Assembly: GCA_964354495.1 (NCBI GenBank)
Contig: CAYHAA010000015.1
Span: forward strand, 30,001 to 62,000
Length of the DNA stretch: 32,000 nt
DNA from: an uncultured archaeon
GTDB taxonomy: Archaea; Asgardarchaeota; Thorarchaeia; Thorarchaeales; Thorarchaeaceae
Direction of reading: 5' to 3'
Shown: positions 16,528-25,616 of the stretch, piece by piece
Layout: each line of letters opens with the position of its first letter
Position numbering within the stretch: position 1 is the stretch's first letter
Position numbers and translations under genes: made by a program
Notes under the pieces: model-generated
What the model was told of the DNA's origin: nothing
Seen by the model: the letters and a program-made list of their open reading frames with translations, nothing else
Databases searched by the model: none

Positions 16528-17442
16528 ATGGTCGAACTCCGAAATCTGATTAGCATACTTGACCTAGAGAAGAAGCAAATTGATTCGATTATGGACAACG
16601 CGGGCAAGATGGAAGCTGTGGCGGTGAAACGAAGCAAGGACCTTGAGTCCAAAATCATGGCAACACTGTTTTTTGAACCCTCAACACGCACTCGTCTCTC
16701 ATTCGAGAGTGCAATGTTGCGCCTTGGTGGAAGCGTACTTGGATTTGCGGAGGCTGGAACATCAAGTGCAGGTGGAAAAGGAGAAACACTTGCTGATACC
16801 ATTAGGACTGTCGAGAGATATGCGGACGTAATCGTCATGCGCCACCCGCTAGACGGCTCTGCCAGAGTCGCTGCGGAGTTCGCCAGCATCCCTGTCATCA
16901 ATGCTGGAAGTGGTTCTGAGGAACATCCAACACAGGCACTCTTGGATCTATACTCCATCAAGAAGCTCAAGGGAAGACTTGATGGAATATCAATCTCTCT
17001 CTGTGGCGACCTGAAGTATGGCAGAACTGTACACTCTCTCGGGATGGCGCTCACGAATTATGATGTCACAATCAAGCTAGCCGCTCCACCATCACTGAGA
17101 ATGAAACCTGCAGTAATCGAGCAGATGAGGAAAGCAGGCGTAAAAGTTGCTGAAGTGGACACTATCGAAGAAGCAGTCAAAGATACAGACGTAATCTATA
17201 TGACTCGGATTCAGAAGGAGCGGTTTCCGGATCCCAGAGAATATGATAAGGTGTCGGGAAAATTCAGTATCTCAGCTGCAGATGTCAAGCTGATGCGAGA
17301 TGATGCAATCATCTTACATCCACTCCCGAGAGTGGATGAACTGAGCACTGAGATAGATAGTCTTCCCCAAGCAAAGTACTTTGACCAGGTCTATAATGGA
17401 GTCATCGTCCGCATGGCTATTCTAAAGATGATCCTTGGTTAA
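16528..17442 (+). CDS. pyrB: Aspartate carbamoyltransferase catalytic subunit
   Basis: FFEPSTRTRLSFE, GETLADT, VMRHP, NAGSGSEEHPTQALLD, GDLKYGRTVHS, YMTRIQKERF and HPLPRVDE. Confidence 0.97.
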   Translation: MVELRNLISILDLEKKQIDSIMDNAGKMEAVAVKRSKDLESKIMATLFFEPSTRTRLSFESAMLRLGGSVLGFAEAGTSSAGGKGETLADTIRTVERYADVIVMRHPLDGSARVAAEFASIPVINAGSGSEEHPTQALLDLYSIKKLKGRLDGISISLCGDLKYGRTVHSLGMALTNYDVTIKLAAPPSLRMKPAVIEQMRKAGVKVAEVDTIEEAVKDTDVIYMTRIQKERFPDPREYDKVSGKFSISAADVKLMRDDAIILHPLPRVDELSTEIDSLPQAKYFDQVYNGVIVRMAILKMILG

Positions 17443-18164
17443 GTCGGTTCCAGGCCTCGCAGCTCCCTGGTCAGCATATCTAGAGAGCCGATCTTGCTGA
17501 CAGCAAGGGGTATCCGCATCTGTTCAGATAACTCCAATGCTAGACGGTCTACCTCTCCCACACCATGGAGGATAACAAGAGCGGGTTTGAATTCCTGAGA
17601 CTTGATAGCGATCATGGGAGCCCTGCCTGTATTCACATTCGTGAACAGAAGACACCTCTCAGTAGTGGCACCGAAGAGCTTGAGAAAAGCATCACTGTTT
17701 AGCTCTTTCACGGCACGTTCCACATCAACCAAGGTATACCCGTAAATCGGTCTATCAATGTACTTCTCCCCTGCGACAACCGTACTCTTCAGTTGTTTGC
17801 AGAATTCCCTCGAACTCATAGGCAGTGAGAAATCGCTCATAGCGAGAACTATGTTGAGGTCTACAAGGCTCACATCCATCAGTCTTACAAAGGCCGCCAT
17901 GGTCTGACCGCCGTTGCGCTCATCAATACTGAGGAGGGCCATCACAAACCGTCGTATCGTCGAGGTGCCAGGGGACTTCCGTCTTCCTGATTCATAGTCG
18001 CTTATGACGCTTGGACTTATGCCAAGGTGCTTTGCGAGTACAATCTGGGGAAGTCTAAAACGCTCACGCCAGACTCGCATTGACTTGCCAGGACTGCCGG
18101 ACAGTGCAATCTCGCCTGCTATTCGTCTTGCTAGGCGGTCTCGAACTGATGATTGATACGACAT
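17439..18164 (-). CDS. Archaeal XRE-family HTH transcriptional regulator (COG1709-like)
   Basis: IAGEIALS..PG..MRVWRERF...SPSVISDYESGRRKSPG, typical of this conserved archaeal family. Confidence 0.85.
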   Translation of the reverse strand: MSYQSSVRDRLARRIAGEIALSGSPGKSMRVWRERFRLPQIVLAKHLGISPSVISDYESGRRKSPGTSTIRRFVMALLSIDERNGGQTMAAFVRLMDVSLVDLNIVLAMSDFSLPMSSREFCKQLKSTVVAGEKYIDRPIYGYTLVDVERAVKELNSDAFLKLFGATTERCLLFTNVNTGRAPMIAIKSQEFKPALVILHGVGEVDRLALELSEQMRIPLAVSKIGSLDMLTRELRGLEPT

Positions 18165-18243
18165 TACACGATTTTCAGAGCCAGATGAACATAAGCATTT
18201 CGACTTTTGACGATGTTGAGAAAGTGAGAAATGTGAAAAGAAG

Positions 18244-18384
18244 TGGTGGGCCGGCCCGGATTTGAACCGGGGACCTCTTGGATTCTTGCGGGCTTGGTCG
18301 GCGCCAAGCGGCGACCCAAACCAAGAATCATTTTTGGCGGTCGGTCACGAATGACTGACTGTAGCCAAGCTAGACTACCGACCC
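18244..18384 (-). tRNA. tRNA-Pro(UGG) with encoded CCA and two introns: D-loop 31 nt (18332-18362) and canonical 37/38 32 nt (18283-18314)
   Basis: Exons of 22, 17 and 39 nt give 78 nt. Acceptor GGGTCGG/CCGGCCC, D-arm GTCTAGCTTGGCTATGAT, anticodon arm CTTGG-TTTGGGT-CCAAG, T-arm CCCGG-TTCAAAT-CCGGG, 3' ACCA. Confidence 0.9.
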
Positions 18385-18412
18385 TTATATTTCGGTGTGC
18401 TCTCAGCGCCGG

Positions 18413-18418
18413 TTATAA
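18413..18418 (-). promoter_or_regulatory. TATA box upstream of tRNA-Pro
   Basis: TTATAA ending 28 nt upstream of the mature 5' end. Confidence 0.5.
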
Positions 18419-18459
18419 GAATATCTCCGGAATCATGGAAAGAGAACGGATTCGTGCTC

Positions 18460-20160
18460 TCAGTCATAGTGTGTTTCAAGAATAATCCCCTGAAATGGTT
18501 CAAGGTGTATACCGGCGTTGTTGAGTGGAGTTGATTCCTTCAGAGTTGAGAATATCAGTTCGGTCCTCTCCTGAGTCTCATCTATCTGAATCGGTCTATC
18601 AGAGAAGTTCAGCCAAATCTGTGCTATTTGCTTGCCATGTCTTCGTTCGAAGGAGAGGAGGGATTTCTTGTGCGGTGAGAGATTCAAGAAACGCAATGAG
18701 CCTGAGTGAAGAGCTGGCATCTGCCTGCGGAGTCGTAGGAGAGATTTGTAGCATTGTAGCAATGAATTGGAATGTGACTCTTCGTATTCCACATTGATTG
18801 TCTTGTAACTCGGTTCTACTGGCAGCCAAGGTTTCGATTCTTCTGAACAAAAACCTGAGTTAGGTGATGAGTTCCATTGCATCGGGGTCCTACAGTCATC
18901 ACGATTGAGCGAAATGGAACCATTTCTTGTCAGTAGATTAACAAGAAACTGGGGAATCCAGCTATACTTCAGAGCCACAGGGTCTTGTGCCGTCTTTAGA
19001 GGGAATCTATGATTCGACATTCCAATCTCTTCACCATAATAGATGAAGGGGACTCCTCTTGCTGTCAGTTGCAGCGTCACATTGAGCTTTGCTTTGTTCA
19101 CGTCATTTCCTAATCTACTAATTCGGCGCATCTGATCGTGGTTAGAGAAGACCCAAGTTGGAGAATAGGGCTCCATGAAGTACTGCTCGTATCTACCAAT
19201 CAAGTTGCGAAACGCGAGTGCGTCAAGATTTGTGTCAAGAGACTGGAAAAGGAATGTAAGATGGAGCCCGTTGGTCTGGTCTGAGTCTGTTGCCTCTCCG
19301 CAGTATCTCTTGAGGGTTTCAAGTGATGCTGCTATTTCTCCGACCAAGAACCGTTCAGGGTCTGAGTATTCATCCATGACACTTCGAAGTTCCTTCACGA
19401 AGGCAAAATTGTCTGGATGGTTCATAGTGTAGATTCTATTCTGGAAGAAGCTCTTTTCGTATTCTTCGGACGGGAACAACTTCAAAGCAAATGGATTGTT
19501 TCGAAGAGTTTCATCTTCATATATCGCATTAATGATGTCCAGACGGAACCCGTCAACGCCTTTGTCCAACCAGAAGCGAACAACATCAAACATCTCTTGT
19601 TTCACTTCAGGATTGCGATAGTTGAGATCTGGTTGAAATGGTAGAAACTGAGCCCAGTACCATTGATCGGTTTGTTCATCATAATGCCATCCTGAACCTC
19701 CTACAACAGCCTTCCAGTTGTTTGGAGGGCTCTTCCCTCCTGGTTTGCGACCGTCACGCCATATGTACCAGTTGCGCTTTGGATTAGCTCTACTTGATCG
19801 TGATTCTAGGAACCATGGGTGTTGATTGCTAGTATGGTTGAGAACCATGTCAAAGACAACATGCATACCTCGACTGTGAATCTCGTGTATGAGCCTTTCA
19901 CAGTCGGCAATGGTTCCATATTCGGGAGCGATGCCTCTGTAGTCGCTGACATCGTACCCATGGTCTGCTTGTGGACTTGAGAAGAGGGGAGAGAACCAGA
20001 TTGTTCCAACGCCTAGATCCTGTAGATAGTCCAATTTCGAGATGATTCCTTGGATATCACCGATTCCATCGCCTGTATCATCCTTAAAACTTCGGGGATA
20101 GACCTGATAGACTGTGGTCGTCTTCCACCATGGCAGGATTCTAAGAGAGGGATTCGACAA
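18460..20160 (-). CDS. GH13 alpha-glucosidase / oligo-1,6-glucosidase
   Basis: YQVYPRSFKD, DMVLNH, GFRLDIIN (nucleophile Asp), VGEI, SNHDQ, YYGEEIGM and RDDCRTPMQW. Confidence 0.93.
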   Translation of the reverse strand: MSNPSLRILPWWKTTTVYQVYPRSFKDDTGDGIGDIQGIISKLDYLQDLGVGTIWFSPLFSSPQADHGYDVSDYRGIAPEYGTIADCERLIHEIHSRGMHVVFDMVLNHTSNQHPWFLESRSSRANPKRNWYIWRDGRKPGGKSPPNNWKAVVGGSGWHYDEQTDQWYWAQFLPFQPDLNYRNPEVKQEMFDVVRFWLDKGVDGFRLDIINAIYEDETLRNNPFALKLFPSEEYEKSFFQNRIYTMNHPDNFAFVKELRSVMDEYSDPERFLVGEIAASLETLKRYCGEATDSDQTNGLHLTFLFQSLDTNLDALAFRNLIGRYEQYFMEPYSPTWVFSNHDQMRRISRLGNDVNKAKLNVTLQLTARGVPFIYYGEEIGMSNHRFPLKTAQDPVALKYSWIPQFLVNLLTRNGSISLNRDDCRTPMQWNSSPNSGFCSEESKPWLPVEPSYKTINVEYEESHSNSLLQCYKSLLRLRRQMPALHSGSLRFLNLSPHKKSLLSFERRHGKQIAQIWLNFSDRPIQIDETQERTELIFSTLKESTPLNNAGIHLEPFQGIILETHYD

Positions 20161-20282
20161 TCAAGACTCCTCACAGGATTGAGCAGCCAACCGTTTCGTT
20201 TCTTGGTTCATTGATTGGGTGACCAACACTGTCATACATGAATAAGGTCATAACGGTCAATCAGTAGTTGATTGTGAGTAAT

Positions 20283-20528
20283 ATGAGCTTACTAGGACCT
20301 GATGACTTCAATCTTAACGAGAAAGAGAGGAAGAAGAAGCTAGCAAAGGACCTCCCTCCAGCAGTAGAAAAAGAGATTGCAAAGTGGTTGGATAAGCTTG
20401 ACTCTCCACAGGCATTCAGGAAGATAGCTGAACTTGTCGGTCCAGAGGAGGCATCGCGACTTATCGGCGGCCGCAGGGCGCATGGAAGACAGCTGAAGCC
20501 AGGCGACCCTTGGCTCAGAGATGAATGA
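20283..20528 (+). CDS. Small basic hypothetical protein
   Basis: Protein-like composition from the ATG at 20283, filling an otherwise empty gap. Confidence 0.6.
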   Translation: MSLLGPDDFNLNEKERKKKLAKDLPPAVEKEIAKWLDKLDSPQAFRKIAELVGPEEASRLIGGRRAHGRQLKPGDPWLRDE

Positions 20529-20619
20529 GATCGTCGATGATTTCTGAGCCTCTTTATTCGCAAGTTCCTCCACAACTCTGAAAAGACCAGAGTGACAGCC
20601 ATTACATGAGGGCGACACA

Positions 20620-21075
20620 ATGGTGATACTGCTTGCACTCACATACATAGCGGGGATTGTGCTGTTCGCCACGTTCCTAGTGACAAGGAGGTATCTGAGA
20701 AGACGACAAGGCAATGCAGTTTCACGGATAGACAAATGCCTGAATAGTCTGAACTGGATGTCCTATCTGTGGATATCCGTTCTTGCACCCATGTTTGTTC
20801 TCATGGAGCTCATCATCGGCACGATGCAAGTATTCGTTGGGCTCGGTTCTGTCGAATTCCTAAGTGATATGCTATCGCTCTCTCCGGGACTCTGGGCAAC
20901 TATCGCATTCATGTACGCTGTCAACACGATAATGATCCTAGTACATGGATATCGTGATGATCCGAGAGGGGACTCTGCTCCTGCGAAAGCTGCAAGCAAG
21001 CGATGGTTGTGGACACTCACGGTCTTGTTTGCTATAGCAGCAATAGTTGGAATCTTGACTGGAATCTTGGTGTGA
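20620..21075 (+). CDS. Hypothetical membrane protein (about 4 TM)
   Basis: 151 aa with four hydrophobic segments. Confidence 0.7.
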   Translation: MVILLALTYIAGIVLFATFLVTRRYLRRRQGNAVSRIDKCLNSLNWMSYLWISVLAPMFVLMELIIGTMQVFVGLGSVEFLSDMLSLSPGLWATIAFMYAVNTIMILVHGYRDDPRGDSAPAKAASKRWLWTLTVLFAIAAIVGILTGILV

Positions 21076-21230
21076 CCAGTAGACAACATGAATCAGTGAA
21101 ATGCTAGGTCATGATGACAATTGCCATCCGAGATTAGTCTGTTTCTTGTTCTCTTACGAGAACATTCAGAACGAGAAACATACAATGCACGGGGAGTTTC
21201 TTCAATCCCAAGTATGGTTTTTCCTATCTG

Positions 21231-21494
21231 TTATTTGGATTTGAACCAATCCAGTAGAAGTATAAAACCAATCACGCCCATAATCCCGCCAGCAGCTGAG
21301 AATGCCATCATGATACTGGACGCATACATGAGCCGTGAGATATAGCCGGGAGAGAGGTAATCATTACCTATTAGTGACATATATACAAAGAAACCTGTTG
21401 TGGAAGCTAATACTGCTGAAATCAGTAGTATTGCAGCCCAATTTCTCTTCGCTTCCAACTCCATACCAACCACAGACCTACAGATACGTTCCAT
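21231..21494 (-). CDS. Small membrane protein (2 TM)
   Basis: 87 aa with two hydrophobic segments. Start uncertain. Confidence 0.55.
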   Translation of the reverse strand: MERICRSVVGMELEAKRNWAAILLISAVLASTTGFFVYMSLIGNDYLSPGYISRLMYASSIMMAFSAAGGIMGVIGFILLLDWFKSK

Positions 21495-21677
21495 ACCATC
21501 TGCCTAATATCTGTATTCATGGAATATAGCCGAATCCCTGTTTCAGTCAGAATCTCTTATGGTAGTACAGGCGAGAGCCCGACTCCAAATCGTTCTCCAA
21601 CTCCTTCAAGATCCGGAAACTCATCATCCCATCTGTCTAATTTAATAGACACCTATGATACTGCCTAGTTCATGTAG

Positions 21678-23498
21678 GTGGTCATGATGGGAGAGAACAA
21701 CGAACCTCCAGTATGGGACATTTCACCATTGGTAGAGAGTGAAGACCCGGAAATGGTGAAGAAAGCGATTGATGGCACTCTCAAACTGGCGGAGAAAATC
21801 GAGAAGCGGTATAAAGGTCGAATCAAGGACCTCTCCCCTGCAGCTATTTGTGAATTCTACAGGAAGTTGGACCAAGCATATTCAGCGATACAGCCAACGA
21901 TGGGCTACACATACCTCCGACAGAGCCAGGACGCCGCAGATACTACCGGGAGAGAGCTTCGTGAGTATGCGATGAGGGCATCTTCGGAGTTCAATTCGAA
22001 ACTTGCGTTTCATGAGATTGAAGTCGCAAGAGCTCTGGCGGACAGGCCCGAGATGATCAGCGACCCTGCAGTGAAAGAGTACAGACATGTATTGGAAAAA
22101 GCGAAGGAGAGTGGAAAATACCTTCTCTCAGAGAGAGATGAACAGCTCATAATAGACAAGGACCTCTATGGTATTGATAGTTGGTCACTCTTGCATGAAA
22201 GACTCAGAGGTACACGACGCTATAACATGGTCATCAAGGATGAAATCAAACCATTGACGATTCTGGAACTCATGAACATCACGCAGAGCAGCCCAGATAG
22301 AGAGATTAGAAAGGCAGCCACTGAAGCACTCTACGGAGGCATTTCGAATGATGGACTTGTGTTTTCTACTGCTTTGAAATGCGTTTTTGGAAACCACCTG
22401 AATCAGGTTAGACTTCGAGGACACCCGAGTGTGTTGACTCAGAGTCTGCTATCAAATGATATTGACCAAGATACTCTCGATGCATTGATTGCCTCCATGA
22501 AGAAACACACTCAACTCATTAGAAAGTACATCAGACTGAGAGCAAAGGCAATGGGCCTCACAAAGCTGACTGGATACGACATTTCTCCAACTGCAGCACC
22601 TCCGATTGTGGTGTCTCAGGCCGATATTCCGTGGCTAAAAGCGAAAAAGGCGGTCATAGATGCGTATGCCAGGTTTGACAAGGAGGCCGGAGCATGGGTT
22701 GAGGGTTTATTTGAGCGCAGAAGAATCGATGCCAGCATCCGTCCCGGAAAGGCAGGAAGTGGCTACTCTATGAGTTTTCCATCACTTCGAACCTCATGGA
22801 TCATGATTAATTATGGCGGTACTCTGGGGGACATGACAATATTGGCCCATGAGGTAGGACATGCTCTGCATGGCTACTATAGGTCTAAAGAACACAGGTG
22901 GACGAATTTCTTCCCTGGTGCATGTCTAGCGGAAACAGCAAGCATCTTCGGAGAGATGTTGCTCGCTGACAAGTTAATGCAGGAATGTGATGATGATGAT
23001 ACAAAACTGGCTGCTTTGTCGCGCATATTGGATTCTCTATACCAGATGGTGTTCTATATGCTTAATGCATATCTCTTCGAACTCAGCGTGTTTACTGCGA
23101 TGGAAAACAACGAGGTAGTTGATGCAGACAAGCTGGACTCACTCTGGGCTGCTGCACGAACGGAGGTCTTTGGAGATGCTGTCGATTGGCTCCCGGGAAT
23201 GGAGCAGTGGTGGGTGATTCCAGTACATCATTTCATGCCTAGAGACAGATTCTACAACTACCCCTACGCGTTTGCGCGACTCTTGGTTTCCACATTGTAC
23301 CATCACTACAAAGAAGAGGGGGCTTCGTTTGTCCCGATGATGAAACGCATCCTCTCAGCCGGAGGATCGGAATCGCCAAAGACCCTTCTAGCAGAGGTCG
23401 GACTAGACTTGACTGATCCCGAGTTTTGGGAACTTGGATTCAAACAGGCGGAGTCGTACTTGGATGAGTTTGAACGGATTGTGAAACGACGAGCTTAA
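21678..23498 (+). CDS. M3B oligoendopeptidase F family metallopeptidase
   Basis: WDISPL N-terminus, zincin LAHEVGHALH, LAETAS, HHFMPRDRFYNYPY and GGSESPKTLL...GLDL. Confidence 0.9.
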   Translation: MVMMGENNEPPVWDISPLVESEDPEMVKKAIDGTLKLAEKIEKRYKGRIKDLSPAAICEFYRKLDQAYSAIQPTMGYTYLRQSQDAADTTGRELREYAMRASSEFNSKLAFHEIEVARALADRPEMISDPAVKEYRHVLEKAKESGKYLLSERDEQLIIDKDLYGIDSWSLLHERLRGTRRYNMVIKDEIKPLTILELMNITQSSPDREIRKAATEALYGGISNDGLVFSTALKCVFGNHLNQVRLRGHPSVLTQSLLSNDIDQDTLDALIASMKKHTQLIRKYIRLRAKAMGLTKLTGYDISPTAAPPIVVSQADIPWLKAKKAVIDAYARFDKEAGAWVEGLFERRRIDASIRPGKAGSGYSMSFPSLRTSWIMINYGGTLGDMTILAHEVGHALHGYYRSKEHRWTNFFPGACLAETASIFGEMLLADKLMQECDDDDTKLAALSRILDSLYQMVFYMLNAYLFELSVFTAMENNEVVDADKLDSLWAAARTEVFGDAVDWLPGMEQWWVIPVHHFMPRDRFYNYPYAFARLLVSTLYHHYKEEGASFVPMMKRILSAGGSESPKTLLAEVGLDLTDPEFWELGFKQAESYLDEFERIVKRRA

Positions 23499-24136
23499 TC
23501 CAGATCAGCGAAAAGACCGAAGGTTGGATTGTACTGTACGAACACTGTAGTGAATTTGTCCTTCTCGACTTCAGCCTTCTCGACTTCAGGTGGCTTATTC
23601 TTGTAGAATATGAGTAAGACATTCTCTGGCTTCCTGTTCCCAATTTCCTCAAGTATGGTTTGGAGATTCTGACCAACAGTAGAGTCCGAGGAAGGTATGG
23701 ATTTCGACACTTTCACACCTTTTCTTGAAGGTGATTCGAATGAGAATGCCTTTTCGAACTCAGGATTGTTCTTCTCACGAAATCTGTCCCACGCTTCCCC
23801 GATTTCGCCATGCCAGTTCTGACTAAACCACTCGAAAATATCGTGGCGTCGAATCTGATTTTCCTCAAGCCCCCTGATTTTCTTTGATTCTCCATTTTCA
23901 TCCCACTTGGCTTCGACGAAGTAGGCTTTCTTTTGGGAAATTATTACCGCGTCGAACTCCCCGTACTGACTTCTACCAAAACTGGGACGATAGAAAACAG
24001 TGCAGTCCGCCGGATTCGAGTTATCCCCCAGTTTGTGTAATATTTCTCCTAGTCTTTCTTTTGTGTACTTCAACGTGAAACCGTCTTCACCATAGACCAG
24101 TATCCGAGGCATAATATAATCCTTCATTCTTGTCAC
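23495..24136 (-). CDS. Hypothetical protein with a PD-(D/E)XK nuclease-like motif
   Basis: YGEDG...GEFDAVII...YFVEAKWD (E..D..EAK spacing). Confidence 0.6.
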   Translation of the reverse strand: MTRMKDYIMPRILVYGEDGFTLKYTKERLGEILHKLGDNSNPADCTVFYRPSFGRSQYGEFDAVIISQKKAYFVEAKWDENGESKKIRGLEENQIRRHDIFEWFSQNWHGEIGEAWDRFREKNNPEFEKAFSFESPSRKGVKVSKSIPSSDSTVGQNLQTILEEIGNRKPENVLLIFYKNKPPEVEKAEVEKDKFTTVFVQYNPTFGLFADLD

Positions 24137-24190
24137 ATCGAGATTGGTGTTTTTCTTTTAACAGCATTGATAAGAGGAGAGGGGATTCAG

Positions 24191-24323
24191 AGTCAACACT
24201 TTCGTCTAGTGTTGTCTAGAGCGGAGCCTCGGGCGAGGCTCAATCTTAACCACTCCTACATTCCTGCGGAGGATGTGTTTCTATCCGATGCTTAATCTTC
24301 TATCTCGGACCGTCCGAGCGGAC
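24191..24323. repeat. Array of four closely spaced hairpins/palindromes in a 226-bp divergent intergenic region
   Basis: CAACACT/AGTGTTG (24194-24214), GAGCCTC/GAGGCTC (24224-24241), ACATTCCT/AGGATGT (24258-24276), and CTCGGA/TCCGAG (24304-24318) overlapping GTCCG/CGGAC (24312-24323). Confidence 0.75.
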
Positions 24324-24362
24324 TACATGTTTTGGCAGAATAATCACGAATACGGGGGATGA

Positions 24363-25145
24363 ATGATGGCAAATTCTGATAGTTCCGTTAGGAAGAATAC
24401 AACTGAATGGAATAAGGCAAGAGAGGCCGCAAAACAAAGAGATGGCGGACAATGTGTATTGTGTTCATCAAAAGAGGATATCGAAGTACATCACATTGAT
24501 TATGTTCCGGACAATCATGCACTCTGGAACCTGATTACTCTCTGCAAAACATGCCACGTTCCTATTACCAAGCCAAAGTCAGATGATGATATCGCACTTC
24601 TTCTAGAATATATCAAGATTCTTCAGACTTCTCACTTTCATCCTGACGCAACACTTGAGATAGTTCTTCGACATCTAGGTGGTTACAATATTGGAAGAAC
24701 CATCGAAGATGACCATGAGTTAGAAGAGATCCTTGAGGAGTCTTGGGGATATTATGGATTCCAGCAACCTGAAGAAGATGCTCCTCTGAAACCAATCGAT
24801 GGATTCGGAGAACCCAAGTATACCCTTGCTCGGATGATTGAGGATGGCCTCTGTCCGGTACCTTTCACTGAATTGAAGATAGGTGCGGATTTCATGAAGA
24901 TAACATGCAAGCATGAATGTGGAACTCCTACCTGTGACTGTGTTGGTTTCAACAATGATGAATGCCCGTATTACTCCTGCAAGAAGACATGGTGTAAGGA
25001 CGCTATCGTTGATTCACGGGAAGTACGTACAATTGGTGATGCTGAGAGTCTACCATTCATAATTTTACGTGCGATGTGTGACCCTAGGACTCCCTCAGGA
25101 TACAACGAACAGAGTACTCTCTTGGAGTATGAAAAGACCTGTTAG
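24363..25145 (+). CDS. HNH endonuclease domain protein with a Cys-rich C-terminal region
   Basis: W...R..AKQRDGGQCVLC...EVHHID...NLITLCKTCH (Zn-binding HNH). Eight further Cys residues in the C-terminal third. Confidence 0.82.
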   Translation: MMANSDSSVRKNTTEWNKAREAAKQRDGGQCVLCSSKEDIEVHHIDYVPDNHALWNLITLCKTCHVPITKPKSDDDIALLLEYIKILQTSHFHPDATLEIVLRHLGGYNIGRTIEDDHELEEILEESWGYYGFQQPEEDAPLKPIDGFGEPKYTLARMIEDGLCPVPFTELKIGADFMKITCKHECGTPTCDCVGFNNDECPYYSCKKTWCKDAIVDSREVRTIGDAESLPFIILRAMCDPRTPSGYNEQSTLLEYEKTC

Positions 25146-25223
25146 TGAAGACAACATAATCTCGAGTCGTGTACAGAATAGGAATATTATTACCCTAGTT
25201 TTCTCCACCACGGTGGGATTACG

Positions 25224-25616
25224 ATGAACAGAAAAGTCCACTTGCTGATAGGTGTATTCGTTTCCATTTTCATTGCCTATTGGATTGATGGAACTTTCTA
25301 TCCGGACCCTTGGGTGACGCTACCATTCGCACTACCGTGGGAAACCCACTATTTCGGATTTTCAACGATGGTATATGCAATAATTGGAGGAATAATAGGA
25401 AGTATACTGCCAGATGTGATTGAGCCACCAGACCACTACACTCACAGGAGCTTCTTCCATAGCACGCCATTAATGAAATTCCTTCTCGGAGCACTGATAG
25501 TCAGTCTCCTGATTGCTTTTTATGATACTAGGGTTTGGTCTGTCTTCTATGTCATAGTAGGATACGTGATGCATCTAGTAGCTGATGGGACGACGCCGAT
25601 GGGACTCCCTGGTTGA
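25224..25616 (+). CDS. Membrane-bound metal-dependent hydrolase (YdjM/LexA-binding family)
   Basis: N-terminal KVH, GSILPDVIE, HRSFFHS and GYVMHLVADGTTPMG. Confidence 0.85.
   Translation: MNRKVHLLIGVFVSIFIAYWIDGTFYPDPWVTLPFALPWETHYFGFSTMVYAIIGGIIGSILPDVIEPPDHYTHRSFFHSTPLMKFLLGALIVSLLIAFYDTRVWSVFYVIVGYVMHLVADGTTPMGLPG

Noticed and set aside
18243-18485. 80-aa ORF MVGRPGFEPGTS...
   Set aside because: Antisense translation of the tRNA-Pro gene, a classic artefact
24363-25145. IscB/Cas9-like assignment of the HNH protein
   Set aside because: Only 260 aa, with the HNH at the extreme N-terminus and no PLMP, split RuvC or Arg-rich bridge helix visible; no CRISPR repeats nearby
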